From an uncultured delta proteobacterium (GTDB lineage Bacteria; Desulfobacterota; Zymogenia; Zymogenales; Zymogenaceae): a stretch of 64,000 nucleotides of DNA. The notes beneath the pieces are model-generated. The model had not been told where the DNA came from and ran no database searches. It saw only the letters and a program-made list of their open reading frames with translations. This document shows, one piece after another, positions 29,694-40,953 of the stretch. The DNA lies in contig CAVTLK010000002.1 of the NCBI GenBank assembly GCA_963735595.1, positions 608,001-672,000 of the forward strand, given 5' to 3'. The position numbers and the translations under genes were made by a program. The stretch's first letter is position 1. Each line of letters opens with the position of its first letter.

Positions 29694-30290
29694 ATGGAGC
29701 GGGATTACTACCAGGTCCTCGGCGTCGGTCCGGACGCCGACGAGAAAGAGATCAAGAAGGCGTATCGGACTATCATCAGATACTGCCATCCCGATTCCCC
29801 CGACTGCCGCATGACCAAAGACGAGATGCTCGAGGTGCAGGAGGCCTACGAGACGCTGTCGGACCCCGAGAAGCGGGCCCGGTACGACCGCGGGAGGACT
29901 ACGCCCTCCGTCCGCCGATCCGGAAGGGCGGCACCCGGAACCGGCCGCAGAACGGCCTCCCACGATCCTTTCTACCAGGACGACTCCCTTTCGGATCTCT
30001 TTTCTTTCTTTCGCGATCCGTTTTCGGATTCCCTTTTTGCCCGCCCGGGCGGACGCGGCTTTGCGCCGGAGCGCGAGCTCGAGATCACGCTGACGCGCGC
30101 CGAGGCCCGGCGGGGAGGGGCGTTCGAGATCGCCGTGCCGGGCCCCGGCGGTATACCGGCCGGGAGTATCGTGGTCAGGGTTGCCCCCGGCGTGCGGTCC
30201 GGGACAGAGGCCGTGGCGGATCTCTCCGAGACGATCGGTATCCGCCAGCGGCTCCGCATTACTATTATCGTCGAGGACGACGACGGATGA
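29694..30290 (+). CDS. J-domain (DnaJ/CbpA-like) protein
   Basis: DYYQVLGV, IKKAYR, HPD and EAYETLSDPEKRARYD. Confidence 0.85.
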   Translation: MERDYYQVLGVGPDADEKEIKKAYRTIIRYCHPDSPDCRMTKDEMLEVQEAYETLSDPEKRARYDRGRTTPSVRRSGRAAPGTGRRTASHDPFYQDDSLSDLFSFFRDPFSDSLFARPGGRGFAPERELEITLTRAEARRGGAFEIAVPGPGGIPAGSIVVRVAPGVRSGTEAVADLSETIGIRQRLRITIIVEDDDG

Positions 30291-30428
30291 CCGCCGGCCG
30301 TTCGGCCCGCGCCGCGCCGTAACCCCTCCGGCTTTTTCGTTGTCGTTTCGACGGGCTTCTGCTACAATCAGACCAGTTCTATTCGATGGTGCCGTGCGGG
30401 TACCCTCATCCACGACAGGAGTAAAACT

Positions 30429-30947
30429 ATGCATCAGAATGTACGTATTCATACGCGTGCGAAGTCCAGGCCGGGGGTGATGGTCGGCGGCGCGCTGATA
30501 GCCGCGGGGCTCATGATAATCCTTCTCTTCGGTGCGTGGGACACGGCACGGGCCCAGGCGGACGTGACCAGTGACCGCGACGTGGTATTGGTAACGATTG
30601 AGACGGTCTTCGAGGGCTGGCGCAGACTCGACCTCGGGCTTTATATGAGTGTCTGGGATGGGATGGCGGTCCAGTACCTGCAGAAGGGAATTACCCGAAC
30701 CTACAGCCAGATCCAGGCCAACCGCGCCGAGGCCTTCACGAAATACAGCCGGGTGGACGCTACGTGGACGGCAGACAGCATCGAGATCTACGGCGACCGG
30801 GCTGCCGTCGTTACGCGGTACTCAATGACCTTCTACCGGAAGGACGGAAAGATCATCACCGAAAACGAGAAGGAATTCTACGTCCTTAAGAGACAGCCGG
30901 ATACGTCGTGGCGCATCGTGGAAAACTACGACTACCTGCCGCGTTAG
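30429..30947 (+). CDS. Exported NTF2/SnoaL-like fold protein
   Basis: Signal/TM segment, then a helix plus beta pattern ending WRIVEN; start uncertain (30429 or about 30477). Confidence 0.6.
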   Translation: MHQNVRIHTRAKSRPGVMVGGALIAAGLMIILLFGAWDTARAQADVTSDRDVVLVTIETVFEGWRRLDLGLYMSVWDGMAVQYLQKGITRTYSQIQANRAEAFTKYSRVDATWTADSIEIYGDRAAVVTRYSMTFYRKDGKIITENEKEFYVLKRQPDTSWRIVENYDYLPR

Positions 30948-31023
30948 TGAGACGATGATCCGTAAACCTGCATGTCTCTGAACGGGCATCACGGACCGGA
31001 CGAAACCCCAGGGGGAGCACAGC

Positions 31024-32109
31024 ATGAAACAGCGCAGCGCTATTTCCTTTTTTGCGGCGGTAGCCGTTATCTCGGCATTTCTCGTCCTCGGGACGGCCGG
31101 CCGGGCGTCGGCCGCCGAGGTCATCATCAAGAACGTGACCTCGCTCTATTCGACGTATCTCGGGGTCGACCTTACGGGCGCGGCGAAACGGGCGATTGCC
31201 GGGGCGGGCTACCGCATAAAGGAGACGATGGAGGTCTCGGCCTTCCGGTTCGAGAGCTTCATACACTATAGTCCGGCCAACAGGGCGGATGCCGAGAGGA
31301 TAGGGTCGCTCATCGGCGTGGGCGCGCTCGTCGAGGATCGGACGCTTGACCCGGGGCTGATCAAGGTGATGCTCGGTGCGGACTCCATCGACGCCTTTTT
31401 CGCCGGGAAGCCCTACGCTCCGGGGATTATAATCCTTGACGCAACCGGCAGGGGCGGCAACGGCCAGTCGGTGAGAAAGAGCATCGAGGCGGCCGTGCCG
31501 GTCCTCTCGGTCTTTTCCGTCAACAAGGGGATGACCGAACAGACCACGATCTTTTACCCGAAGGGCATGGAGAAGACCGCCGAGACCATCCGGGTCCTCC
31601 TGGGCCGCGGGGTCAAGAAGGAGGTCTCGTCACCACACCTGTTCGTGGTCATCGCCCCGGACTACATCGGCGACCCGTACCGGGCGATACCGGCCTTTAC
31701 GCCGGCTGCCGGTGAGGTCTATTCGATCGTCGTCCGCAAGACGATGGGGATTCTGGACCTCGTGGATTCGTCCGGGAAGACCGTCGTGCGCTACCCGGTT
31801 TCCGTCGGGGCAAATCCCGATCTTGCCGACAAGAAGGCCGTCGGCGACCGGCGCACGCCGGAGGGTACGTACGTCATCTCCGCGATCTCGGAGAGCTCCG
31901 GCTGGAAGTTCGAGGGGGAGCTGGCCTACGGCCCGTGGTTCCTGGCGCTTTCCACCCCGCCGTGGACGGGGTACGCCATCCACGGCACCAACGAGCCCTA
32001 CCTGATCGGGGCGCCGGCTTCACACGGCTGCATCCGGCTCAACAGCGAAAACCTCCTCGTCCTCAAGAAGGCGGTGAAGGCGGGAACAAGGGTGACCATC
32101 GTCCATTGA
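31024..32109 (+). CDS. L,D-transpeptidase (YkuD domain) with N-terminal LytR_C-like domains
   Basis: GDRRTPEG and YAIHGTNEPYLIGAPASHGCIRL; signal peptide. Confidence 0.9.
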   Translation: MKQRSAISFFAAVAVISAFLVLGTAGRASAAEVIIKNVTSLYSTYLGVDLTGAAKRAIAGAGYRIKETMEVSAFRFESFIHYSPANRADAERIGSLIGVGALVEDRTLDPGLIKVMLGADSIDAFFAGKPYAPGIIILDATGRGGNGQSVRKSIEAAVPVLSVFSVNKGMTEQTTIFYPKGMEKTAETIRVLLGRGVKKEVSSPHLFVVIAPDYIGDPYRAIPAFTPAAGEVYSIVVRKTMGILDLVDSSGKTVVRYPVSVGANPDLADKKAVGDRRTPEGTYVISAISESSGWKFEGELAYGPWFLALSTPPWTGYAIHGTNEPYLIGAPASHGCIRLNSENLLVLKKAVKAGTRVTIVH

Positions 32110-32162
32110 CTCGACCGGCGTTTTGTGCGTTTACGAAATTCCGCGGATAATAGGAACCGTTC

Positions 32163-33187
32163 ATGAAAATCGCGCGATGGGCAATTGCAGCCCCTTTATT
32201 GTTGGCTTTTTTCTTAGGCCTTTCGGCGGCCTTCGCGGCGGGAGACGGGCCGATCAGGGACGTGACGTTCGCTATCGAGCCCGCGTTTGACTGGGCGGGG
32301 CCGTTTTCGGACGGACGGGCGCCGGTCAAGACCGCCGGCGGCTGGGGCTACATCAACACCTCGGGCAGGCTCGTCATCGGGCCGGCGTTCGAGGAGGCCG
32401 ACCCGTTCCGCGACGGCGTAGCGCGGGTCGTCTCCGGCGGCATGGTCGGGTTCATCGACCGGTCGGGAGATTATGCCGTCGAGCCGTCGCTTGAGGAGGC
32501 CTTCTCCTTCTCGGAAGGTATGGCCCCGGCCCGTGGGGACGGCAGGTGGGGGTATATCGACTCGTCGGGCGACTTTGTAGTAGAGCCCGCCTTCGAGTGG
32601 GCGACCTCGTTTGACTCCGGCCGGGCGATGGTGCGGCTGTGGGGCCGCTGGGGTTATATCGACAAGACCGGAAAGCTGGTCATCGACGTCGCCTACGGCA
32701 TGGCGCGGCCCTTTTCGGATAACCTTGCCGCGGTGATGACCGGCGGCGGCTGGTCGTACATCGACACGGACGGCTGCCGTCGTGATCCCCGGTCCCTTCG
32801 AGAGCGCCGGGAAAGTTCTCCGAGGGACTGGCGCAGGTGACCGACGGGACGGGACGGTATATCATAGACCGGAAGGGGGCCGTCGTCGCGACGCTCCCGT
32901 TTGCGGGCGCCGAGGGAATGGCGAGTTCCGAGTGGTTCTCCGAGGGGCTGATGGTTGTGGACAGGGTTATGGAGACGGTTGCGTCCCCGGATACGGGAGG
33001 AGCCCCCGGTATCGAGGACGCCGAGGGGCCGGGACTGGTAGCGGGCGAGCCCTTAATCAAGATGGGCTACGTCGACAAGAGCGGCGCGGTCGTGATTGAT
33101 TTTATCTTCGAGGACGCGGGACCGTTCGTGGAAGGGCTTGCCCCGGTGAAGGTGGACGGGAAGTGGGGGTATATTAAGAACTCGTAA
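32163..33187 (+). CDS. WG-repeat protein (apparent frameshift near 32780-32830)
   Basis: Repeated FSEG-A-V....WGYID..G units. Confidence 0.85.
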
Positions 33188-33212
33188 TAATCGTCAGAGA
33201 ATCCGTATATAA

Positions 33213-33247
33213 TAAAGCAAAGCCCGGAGAAAGCCGGGCTTTGCTTT
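33213..33247. terminator. Bidirectional intrinsic terminator
   Basis: AAAGCAAAGCCCGG-loop-CCGGGCTTTGCTTT between convergent genes. Confidence 0.8.
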
Positions 33248-33271
33248 GGCTGTGTCCTGGCGGCTTCGCGC

Positions 33272-33750
33272 TCACACGTCCCGAAACATCCTGATCTGCC
33301 GGTAGTGCTCGTAGACCCGGATCCTGAACTCGGCCAGGTACTTCGGGATGTCGTACTTCTCCTCGATCGACAACCCTTCGGCAGAGGTCGCGTTCGAGCG
33401 CGGCGGTGGGGATGACGGCCACGGAGGCCATCGTGGAGGCCTCGCGCTCGATCCGGTCTTTCAGCCCGACGGCGGTATAGTGGTGGTGGCCGCCGGGGTG
33501 AAAGCGGTGGTGAAAGTATTCGTGAAACCCCACGAAGGCCCGGTGGCCCGCCGAGAGCCTGCTGTTGATGACGATAAAGGGCACGTCATCCTTGACGAAG
33601 TACCACCCGCGGGCGGGCATCCGGTGCTCGAACGACAATGATCCCGTCCCGGGCGCACAGCGCCTCGAAATCGGCCAGCGTCAGCGCCCGGACGTTATAG
33701 CCGGGGATGACCTCCCGGAGTTTCTCGATGATCTCATAGGTAAGCGGCAT
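33272..33750 (-). CDS. ImmA/IrrE family metallo-endopeptidase (apparent frameshifts)
   Basis: IVINSRLS..HRAFVGFHEYFH (HExxH), EREAST.A...IP and a C-terminal KYDIPKYLAEFR. Confidence 0.75.
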
Positions 33751-33844
33751 GAGATTATCCTGTTTCCGGTGTTGGACGACCCGGTGACTTGTCCCGAGTA
33801 TACACCACACGGCGAGATTGATGAAGTATTTTTCGTATTTTTTA

Positions 33845-33872
33845 TTGACATTGACCGCCGGAGGAATATAAT
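33845..33872 (+). promoter_or_regulatory. Sigma70 promoter of the cobalamin uptake operon
   Basis: TTGACA-16 nt-TATAAT just upstream of the riboswitch. Confidence 0.75.
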
Positions 33873-33899
33873 CTGATCCTGTTCAATCGTTCTTTTTAC

Positions 33900-34085
33900 C
33901 CGTGACGCCCGAATCCTTCGGGAGACTAAGGGAAGACGGTTTAAGTCCGTCGCTGCCCCGCAACTGTACGGGGGGATGAAATCCTCAACCCAGCGCCACT
34001 GGAAAGGCGGTACACACAGCCGCCGCCGGGAAGGCCGAGGAGAGTAAGACGATCCCCGAGCCAGGAAACCTTATCGGCGTCACCT
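33900..34085 (+). ncRNA. Cobalamin riboswitch 1
   Basis: AAGGGAAGACGGTTTAAGTCCGTCGCTGCCCCGCAACTGTA...GCCACTG...GGGAAGGC...GAGCCAGGAAACC (B12 box); upstream of btuF. Confidence 0.92.
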
Positions 34086-34169
34086 ACGGCCATGATGACC
34101 TTCCGAGGGGGAGGGCGGCCCGTGTAGCAGTGATCGCCAGATGGCCGGGATCACTATCATCGCACGAAC

Positions 34170-34199
34170 GCCCCGACCTGCCGAAGGCCGGGGTTTTTT
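34170..34199 (+). terminator. Riboswitch expression-platform terminator
   Basis: CCCCG...CGGGG followed by a T run, directly before the btuF ATG. Confidence 0.6.
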
Positions 34200-35116
34200 A
34201 TGCGGATAGTCCGCTCATTGTTTGCCGTCTTTATCGTGCTTTTAGCGTCCGTCTATTCGTCCGCCGGCGGCTATACCGTCGTCGACCAGGCTGGGCGGAC
34301 CGTGACCGTCCCCGTAAATCCCACCAGGATCATATCCCTTGCCCCCAACATCACCGAGATACTCTTTGCCGTCGGCGCGGGTGATGACGATCGTCGGGGT
34401 TTCCGAATTCTCCGACTACCCGCCCGAGGCCGCCGGGCTGCCCCAGGTGGGCAGCTACATCAAGCCGAATCTCGAAGCGATCATCGCGCTAAAGCCCGAC
34501 CTCGTGATCGCCACGGCCGACGGGGAAAAACGGGTCGAGATAGACCGGCTGGCCTCCCTCGGCGTTGCGGTCTATATCATCAACCCCGGGACGATCGCCG
34601 GGGTCGTCTCGACGGTCCGCGAGATCGGGCGGCTTTCGGGGCATGAAGAAGCAGGCCGAAGAGAAGGCGCGGGAGATGGAGGAGGTCGTGGACCGGATAA
34701 GGGCCCGCGTCGCCGGCCTTCCGCAGGTGACGGCGCTGTTGGTGCTCAACACGAATCCCCTCATTACCGTAAACGGCAATACCTTCCAGGACGAGATGAT
34801 CAGGGCGGCGGGTGGCAATAAACATCGCCACGGCCGAACTCATCAGGTACCCGACCCTCACGTACGAAGAGGTGGTCGTCCGGGCGCCCGAGTGTCATCA
34901 TCATGACGACGATGTCGCCCGATGAGGATTACCGCTCCGTGGTTGCCGGGTGGCCGCGATTCACAACGGTGCCGGCGGTCAGGAGCGGGAGAATATTCGT
35001 GGTCGATTCGGATATCGTGGACCGTCCCTCGCCGCGGATGGTCGAGGGCCTGGAGGCGCTGGCGCGGCTGTTTCACCCGGAGGCCTTCAGGAAGACACGC
35101 GGGAGGGGGGCGGTGA
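34200..35116 (+). CDS. btuF: Cobalamin ABC transporter substrate-binding protein (several apparent frameshifts)
   Basis: RIISLAPNITEILFAVG, PNLEAIIALKPDLV and RPSPRMVEG; downstream of a B12 riboswitch. Confidence 0.85.
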
Positions 35117-36117
35117 TGCGGCTGCGGCGCACGAGATCGGGCTCTCGGTGCTGGTGCTTTCGGTCCCGGCGGCGGCCGCCGTCGTTATTTCCCTTGCCGT
35201 CGGCTCGGCGCCGATCGGGATTGCCGAGGTCGTGAAGGCCTTCTTCTCGCCGGACCGGGTATCCCCCGAGGCCACGATGATCGTCCGGGACCTGCGGCTG
35301 CCCCGGGTGCTGATGGCGCTGGTGGCCGGCGGGGCGCTGTCGGTGTCCGGCGTCGTCTTTCAGGCGATCCTGAAAAACCCGCTGGCCGACCCCTTCATTC
35401 TCGGGGTCTCCAGCGGGGCCGCCCTGGGGACCGTCATCGGGGCGCTGGTGATACGCGTTCCCTCGTACGCGGCAGGCGCCTTGCCGGCATTCGTCGGGGC
35501 GCTTGCGACGATTCTCATCGTCTTTTACGTTGCCCGTATCAAGGAGCGGCTCTATCCCAACACGATGCTCCTGGTCGGCGTCATCATCAACGCCTTCTTC
35601 TCGGCGGCCATCATGGCCATCGTATCGCTGTTCGGCAGCAACGGGCTTCAGGGCATTTTCTTCTGGCTGATGGGCGACCTCTCGCTGGTCTCGATGACGG
35701 AGGTCGCCGTCGTCTCCTCCGTCTTCCGTGGCGGCGTCCGTCGTCGTCTATCTACTACGCCCGGCCGATGAACCTGCTGCTGTTCGGGGAGGAGTCGGCC
35801 GCATCGGGCGGGGTGGACGTGGAGCGGACCAAGCGGGTCCTGTTCGTTGCGGCCTCATTGATGACGGCTGCCGTCGTATCGGCCGACCGGCGTCATCGGG
35901 TTCGTCGGGCTCATCATCCCCCACATGATCAGGATGGTCCTCGGGCCCGACCACCGGGTGCTGATCCCGGCCTCGATCCTGCTTGGGGGGGACGTTTCTG
36001 CTGGCGTCGGATACCGTCGCCCGCACGGTAGTCTCCCCGCTCGAGCTGCCGGTGGGGGTGCTCACGGCGCTCCTGGGCGCGCCCTTTTTCGTCTATCTGC
36101 TCCGGAGGCAGATGTGA
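35116..36117 (+). CDS. btuC: Cobalamin ABC transporter permease, FecCD/BtuC family (apparent frameshifts)
   Basis: [32 protein letters not shown] and [16 protein letters not shown]. Confidence 0.85.
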
Positions 36118-36909
36118 CCGCGAATGCCATCCAGGCCACGGGCCTCATGTTCCGCTACCGGGACGACTCGGTGATCTCCGGGGTCGACCTGGCGGTGAAA
36201 CGCAACGAATCGATCGCCGTTATCGGGCCGAACGGATCGGGCAAGAGCACGCTGCTGAAGCTCCTGTCGGGGATACTGACGCCCGAGCGGGGCAGCGTGA
36301 CCGTCGAGGGGTTACCGCTGAAGAGCCTCGGCAGGAGGGCGGTCTCGCGCCGCATGGCGCTGGTTTCCCAGGAGGGGTCGGGGCAGTTCCCGTTTACGGT
36401 GGCAGACGTCGTCCTCATGGGCAGGGCGCCGTACCTCTCCGGCTTTCAGATGGAGCGCGCGGGCGACCACGAGAAGGCGCGCCTGGCCATGGAGACGACC
36501 GACATCGCAGGGCTCGCCGACCGGCCGATCGGCATGCTCTCGGGAGGCGAGCGCCAGCGGGCCTTTATCGCCCGGGCGCTGTGCCAGGATACGCCGATCC
36601 TGCTGTTGGACGAGCCGACGGCCTTCCTGGATATCGCCCACCAGGTTTCGCTGTTAGCGCTCATCGGGCGGCTCCATACCAGGCATCACAAGACCATCGT
36701 CTCGGTGACCCATGACATCAACCTGGCCGCCTCTTTCTTTTCGCCGGATCGTCATCCTCGACCGGGGCCGGGTTTTTGCCGACGGGCGGCCGGACGAGGT
36801 GATCACCGAGCGCACGATCAAACAGGTATACGGGACCACGGTCCACATCGATACAAACCCGGTTACTTCCCGGCCGCGGGTTACGCTGCTGGGAGAGGAC
36901 GATAGATAG
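36114..36909 (+). CDS. btuD: Cobalamin ABC transporter ATP-binding protein (apparent frameshift near 36740)
   Basis: [24 protein letters not shown] and THD. Confidence 0.85.
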
Positions 36910-37090
36910 CAGGAAGACCCCAAAGATGCATGGGAAGACGGTGAGAATCCGTCGCTGCCCCGCACCTGTGATGGGAACGAAAGCCGCATCGAAACGCCAC
37001 TGCGAAGCCCCATGCCTGCCGAGGGCCTGTGGATTCGTGGGAAGGCGCGGCCGGTAGGACGCCCAGAGCCAGTAGACCGATCTTTCGGGG
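36910..37090 (+). ncRNA. Cobalamin riboswitch 2
   Basis: GGGAAGACGGTGAGAATCCGTCGCTGCCCCGCACCTGTGA...GCCACTG...GGGAAGGC...GAGCCAGTAGACC; upstream of the TonB-dependent receptor. Confidence 0.9.
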
Positions 37091-37215
37091 ATTGTTCAGA
37101 CCCTTTTCGCGGGAAAGGAGGCAGGACATGAAACGATACGGTTCGTGTGCAAAGGCGCCCTGATCGAGTCGCTTCCGGTAACATCAATTTAATTACTATT
37201 CTATTGGAGGAAGCG

Positions 37216-39230
37216 ATGAAACGGTGCGCCTTTTTTCTTTTCGTGACCTTCTGACGGTCTGCGGGATACCGCCGGTGTTCGGGCAGGACGAAGAGATCGT
37301 CGAGGTGCCGCCCATTACGGTCACCTACACGCGGACGGAGCGGGACCCCGACCGGATCCCGGCCGACGTAACGGTCATCAACAAAGAGCGAGATCGAGCG
37401 ATCGGGGGCCGAGTCGGTCCCCGATCTCCTGAGGCGGGAGGCCGGCGTCAACGTCACGATCTTTTCGGGGGTGGACAAGTTCAGCTCGGTGGGGATGCGG
37501 GGATTTGCCCGCGGGCTGGATACGGTGGTCATGGTCAACGGGGTGCCCCTCAACACGCCCACCCTCGGGGAGATCGACTGGTCGATCATCCCGCTTTCGG
37601 CCGTCGAGAGGATCGAGATCACCCGGGGGCCGGGCGGCGTCCTGTACGGCGACAAGGCCGTGGCCGGCGTCATCAACGTGATCACGAAAAAGACCTTCGA
37701 TAAAGCCGTTCCTGGAGCTCACCGCCGGGGGCGGGACCGAGAACACGTTTGACAGCTCGCTGTCGATGGGCTACGGCAACGATTGGTCGCGGATCTCTCT
37801 TTCGGGCGGCTATCACTATACCGACGGCTACCGGGACAACAACTATTACGACCACAACGTCTGGTCGCTGTCGGCGGGCCTCTTCCCCACCGACGTCTTC
37901 GAGCTGACGCTCGATACGGGCTATTCCGTGGACGCCTGGGGCAACCCGGGGGCGCTCTTCGACGCCACAGCGCCGAACCCACGGCAGGAGGTACACCAAT
38001 ACGCCCAACGACAAGGGCGAGGGGGAGAACTTCTACGGCCTGCTTAGGGGTAAACCTCGATTTTCAGACGCTACGGGCGTATCGAGCTCGACTACGCGTA
38101 CAAGACCAACGACACCCGGTACCGGTACGTCTACACGGACTTCGGCGGCTATCGTTACCTCTACGATACCAACCTCGACGAGCACGACGTGTCGGCCAAG
38201 TATATCCTCGATCACGACTACGACGACATCGACAACCGCCTCACCCTCGGGATCGATTACAGGAATATCGGCTACTACAGCGATTCGGCCGATGCCGGAG
38301 TGGGGCATCGTGGTCGAACGTGGATGCTCAGCGCAACGTAATCGCCGGCTATATCTATGACGAGCTGACGCTGTTTGACCGGCTCATCGCGAGCGTCGGG
38401 TACCGATACGAATACATCGATACCTCGTTTGATTCCGCCTCGAGGCCGCCGGCTGCCGCGGTCTCTCTCTCTGAAGACTTCTCGGAGTGGGCCGTCAGCG
38501 CCGGGCTTGCCTACCGGTACGGCGACGGCAGGAAGGTCTTTTTCCGGTTCGAGCGCGGCTTCCGCGTCCCGGCCCTGGACGAGATCTTCCAGTATGCCCC
38601 TCCGTCCTGGACCCTGACCAACACGCAGCTGCCGACCGAGCAGGTGACGAGCTTTGAGGTCGGCGTCGAACACGCGTTTTCCGAAGGTCGTCTCGGCCCG
38701 TGCCACGTTCTGGTGGTCGGGGCTCGAAAACGAGCTCTACTACAACAACCTGACCTTCGTCAACGATACGTACGAGCCGGACGATCCACCGGGGGTTTGA
38801 CCTCGGGATCGAGGCCCAGCCCTTCGATTTCCTGAGCTGCTCGCTGACCTACGGCTACCAGGACGCCATATTCGACGCGTCGCCCTACCGGGGAAAGACC
38901 ATCCCGCTCATCCCCACGCATACCGTGGGCTTTACGGTCGGCCTGGACTACAAGGGGATCTCGCTTGACCTGGACGGAAAATACGGCAGCGACCGCGTCA
39001 GCGACGGCGATCTCGAAAACACGTATCGGAGGTTGGCGGGCTATTTCGTCATGAACGCGCGGCTCTCCTATACCTAGCGGCAGTTCGAGTTCTTCGCCGG
39101 GGTCAGGAATCTCACGGACGTCTACGGGGCCGACTTCGGCGGCTACCGGATCGGGGACGCCCGGGGGTTCTATTATGACTATCCCAACCCCGGCCGCTCG
39201 TTTTACGGCGGCATCACCGTGCGCTTCTGA
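37216..39230 (+). CDS. btuB: TonB-dependent outer-membrane receptor, BtuB-like (many apparent frameshifts and one in-frame TAG)
   Basis: Plug motifs ITVTYTRTE, MRGF and VERIEITRGPGGVLYGDKAVAGVINVITK; C-terminus PGRSFYGGITVRF with terminal Phe. Confidence 0.8.
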
Positions 39231-39257
39231 AATCCTCGTACGGATGCTGTGTTTCTC

Positions 39258-39290
39258 AACGCCCCCGGCTATCCGGGGGCGTTTCTATTT
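39258..39290 (+). terminator. Intrinsic terminator after btuB
   Basis: AACGCCCCCGG-CTAT-CCGGGGGCGTT followed by TCTATTT. Confidence 0.75.
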
Positions 39291-39414
39291 TGGAAACGAT
39301 TGGAGATTGACACGAGGGCCGCACGGTGATAGATAGACGAGAGGGGCGTGGAACGGACGGGCCGGCCGGGTGTCCAACACAAAACGGCTTATTACGATAT
39401 TATCAAGGATACGT

Positions 39415-40537
39415 ATGTCAGACAGGTGCACAATCGGGGTCATTTTCGGCGGACGCTCCGGGGAGCATGAGGTCTCCCTGGTCTCGGCGACTTCCATCAT
39501 GGGGGCGCTGCCCCGCGACCGGTTCACGGTCGTCCCCATCGGGATTTCAAAGGACGGTAAATGGTACGCCGGAAACGGCGTCATGGAATTTCTCAAACGC
39601 GGGGAGTCTCGCGACGTCGTCTACCCCGCCGCGCTTTCCGCCGACAACGAGGGCGGCCTGTCGTTACGATGGACGGGGGCGCGAGCGTCAGGCTGGACGT
39701 CGTATTCCCGGTGCTCCACGGGCCGTACGGCGAGGACGGCACCGTCCAGGGGCTGCTGGACCTGGCGGGGGTGCCGTACGTGGGGTGCGGGGTGCTGGCG
39801 TCGTCCGTCGCCATGGACAAGGTCGTCAGCAAGGAGCTCTTCATCGCGCGCGACATACCGACGGCGCCCTACGTCTGGTTCTTCACGTCCGAGTGGGCGG
39901 GCGATCGGGACACGGTCATCGGCCGGATCGAGCGGCGCTGAGGTATCCCGTGTTCATCAAGCCGGCCAACATGGGTTCCTCGGTGGGGATCTTCAAGGTC
40001 AAAGAACAGGGACGAGTTGATCGCTCATGGTCCCGGAGTCGGCCCGCTACGACCGCAAGATCGTCGTCGAGCAGGCCGTGGCGGACGCCCGGGAGATCGA
40101 GGTGGCGGTCCTCGGCAACGACCGGGCCGAGGCGTCGGTCCCCGGCGAGATATTTCCCGTCAAACGAGTTCTACGATTACGACGCCAAATACGTGGACGG
40201 AAAATCGAAGGACGCCATCCCGGCCGACCTCCGGCCGAGGAGCCGATACGCACGATCCGGCGCCTGGCGGTGGAGGCCTTTTCGGCGGTGGACGGCGTCG
40301 GGGCTGGCCCGTGTCGATTTCCTGGTCTCGCGCGCCGACGACAAGGTCTTCCTCAACGAGATCAACACGCTGCCCGGCTTTACCTCGATCTCGATGTATC
40401 CGAAGCTCTGGCAGGCCTCGGGCGTGTCGTATCCCGAGCTGCTGTCGCGGCTGGTGGACCTCGCGATGGAACGGCACCGCGAAAAGCAGGGGCTGTTGAC
40501 CTCGTATGTGCCCAAGATCGACTGGCACAAGGGGTAG
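39415..40537 (+). CDS. ddl: D-alanine--D-alanine ligase (several apparent frameshifts)
   Basis: [42 protein letters not shown] and [10 protein letters not shown]. Confidence 0.92.
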
Positions 40538-40636
40538 GCCCGAAGGCGACGCTTCGCCGGCCGCGGGCAGTAGAGTCCCGTGCGCCTTTTTCGGCCGGGA
40601 AGCCGAAAAAGGCGCCAGTGTATTGAAAGAGTATAG

Positions 40637-40768
40637 ATTTCAAAGGATTGTCATCGCGAGCCCCGAAGGGGGCGTGGCGATCTCGGACACTGTATTATAT
40701 CGTAACGTAATTATCGGTAGTTACATCGTCCGAGATTGCCACGGTCGCTAACGCTCCCTTGCAATGAC
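40637..40768. repeat. Family A inverted doublet
   Basis: GTCATCGCGAG..GTGGCGATCTCGGAC (40650-40688) and GTCCGAGATTGCCAC..TTGCAATGAC (40728-40768) around an AT-rich spacer. Confidence 0.85.
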
Positions 40769-40953
40769 AGACTCGTGTAAAAGCGTACGGGTTTGTCAGC
40801 AGTCTGGCTAAAAAAAGCGCACTTATCTGGTGACAAGCGGCCGTGCCGGTGATACGATGGGCTCACATCCGGCTACCGCCTCTTTTTTTGCCCGCGCGTC
40901 CGGTCCGAACGCGTTTCCTTCCGCTGCCTTCCACTTTCTTACGGGGTTACCCG

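Noticed and set aside
39075..39077. In-frame TAG in the btuB C-terminus (LSYT*RQFEF) as pyrrolysine or stop-codon recoding
   Set aside because: Trp (TGG) fits this beta-strand position and would give CCTGG, a methylation-prone motif where nanopore substitution errors are common. The gene is already error-rich, TAG is used as a normal stop elsewhere, and no pyl genes are seen.
40792..40805. TTTGTCAGCAGTCT as an IS terminal inverted repeat
   Set aside because: It resembles some IS ends from memory, but no partner repeat or transposase was found, and it is too short to support a call.
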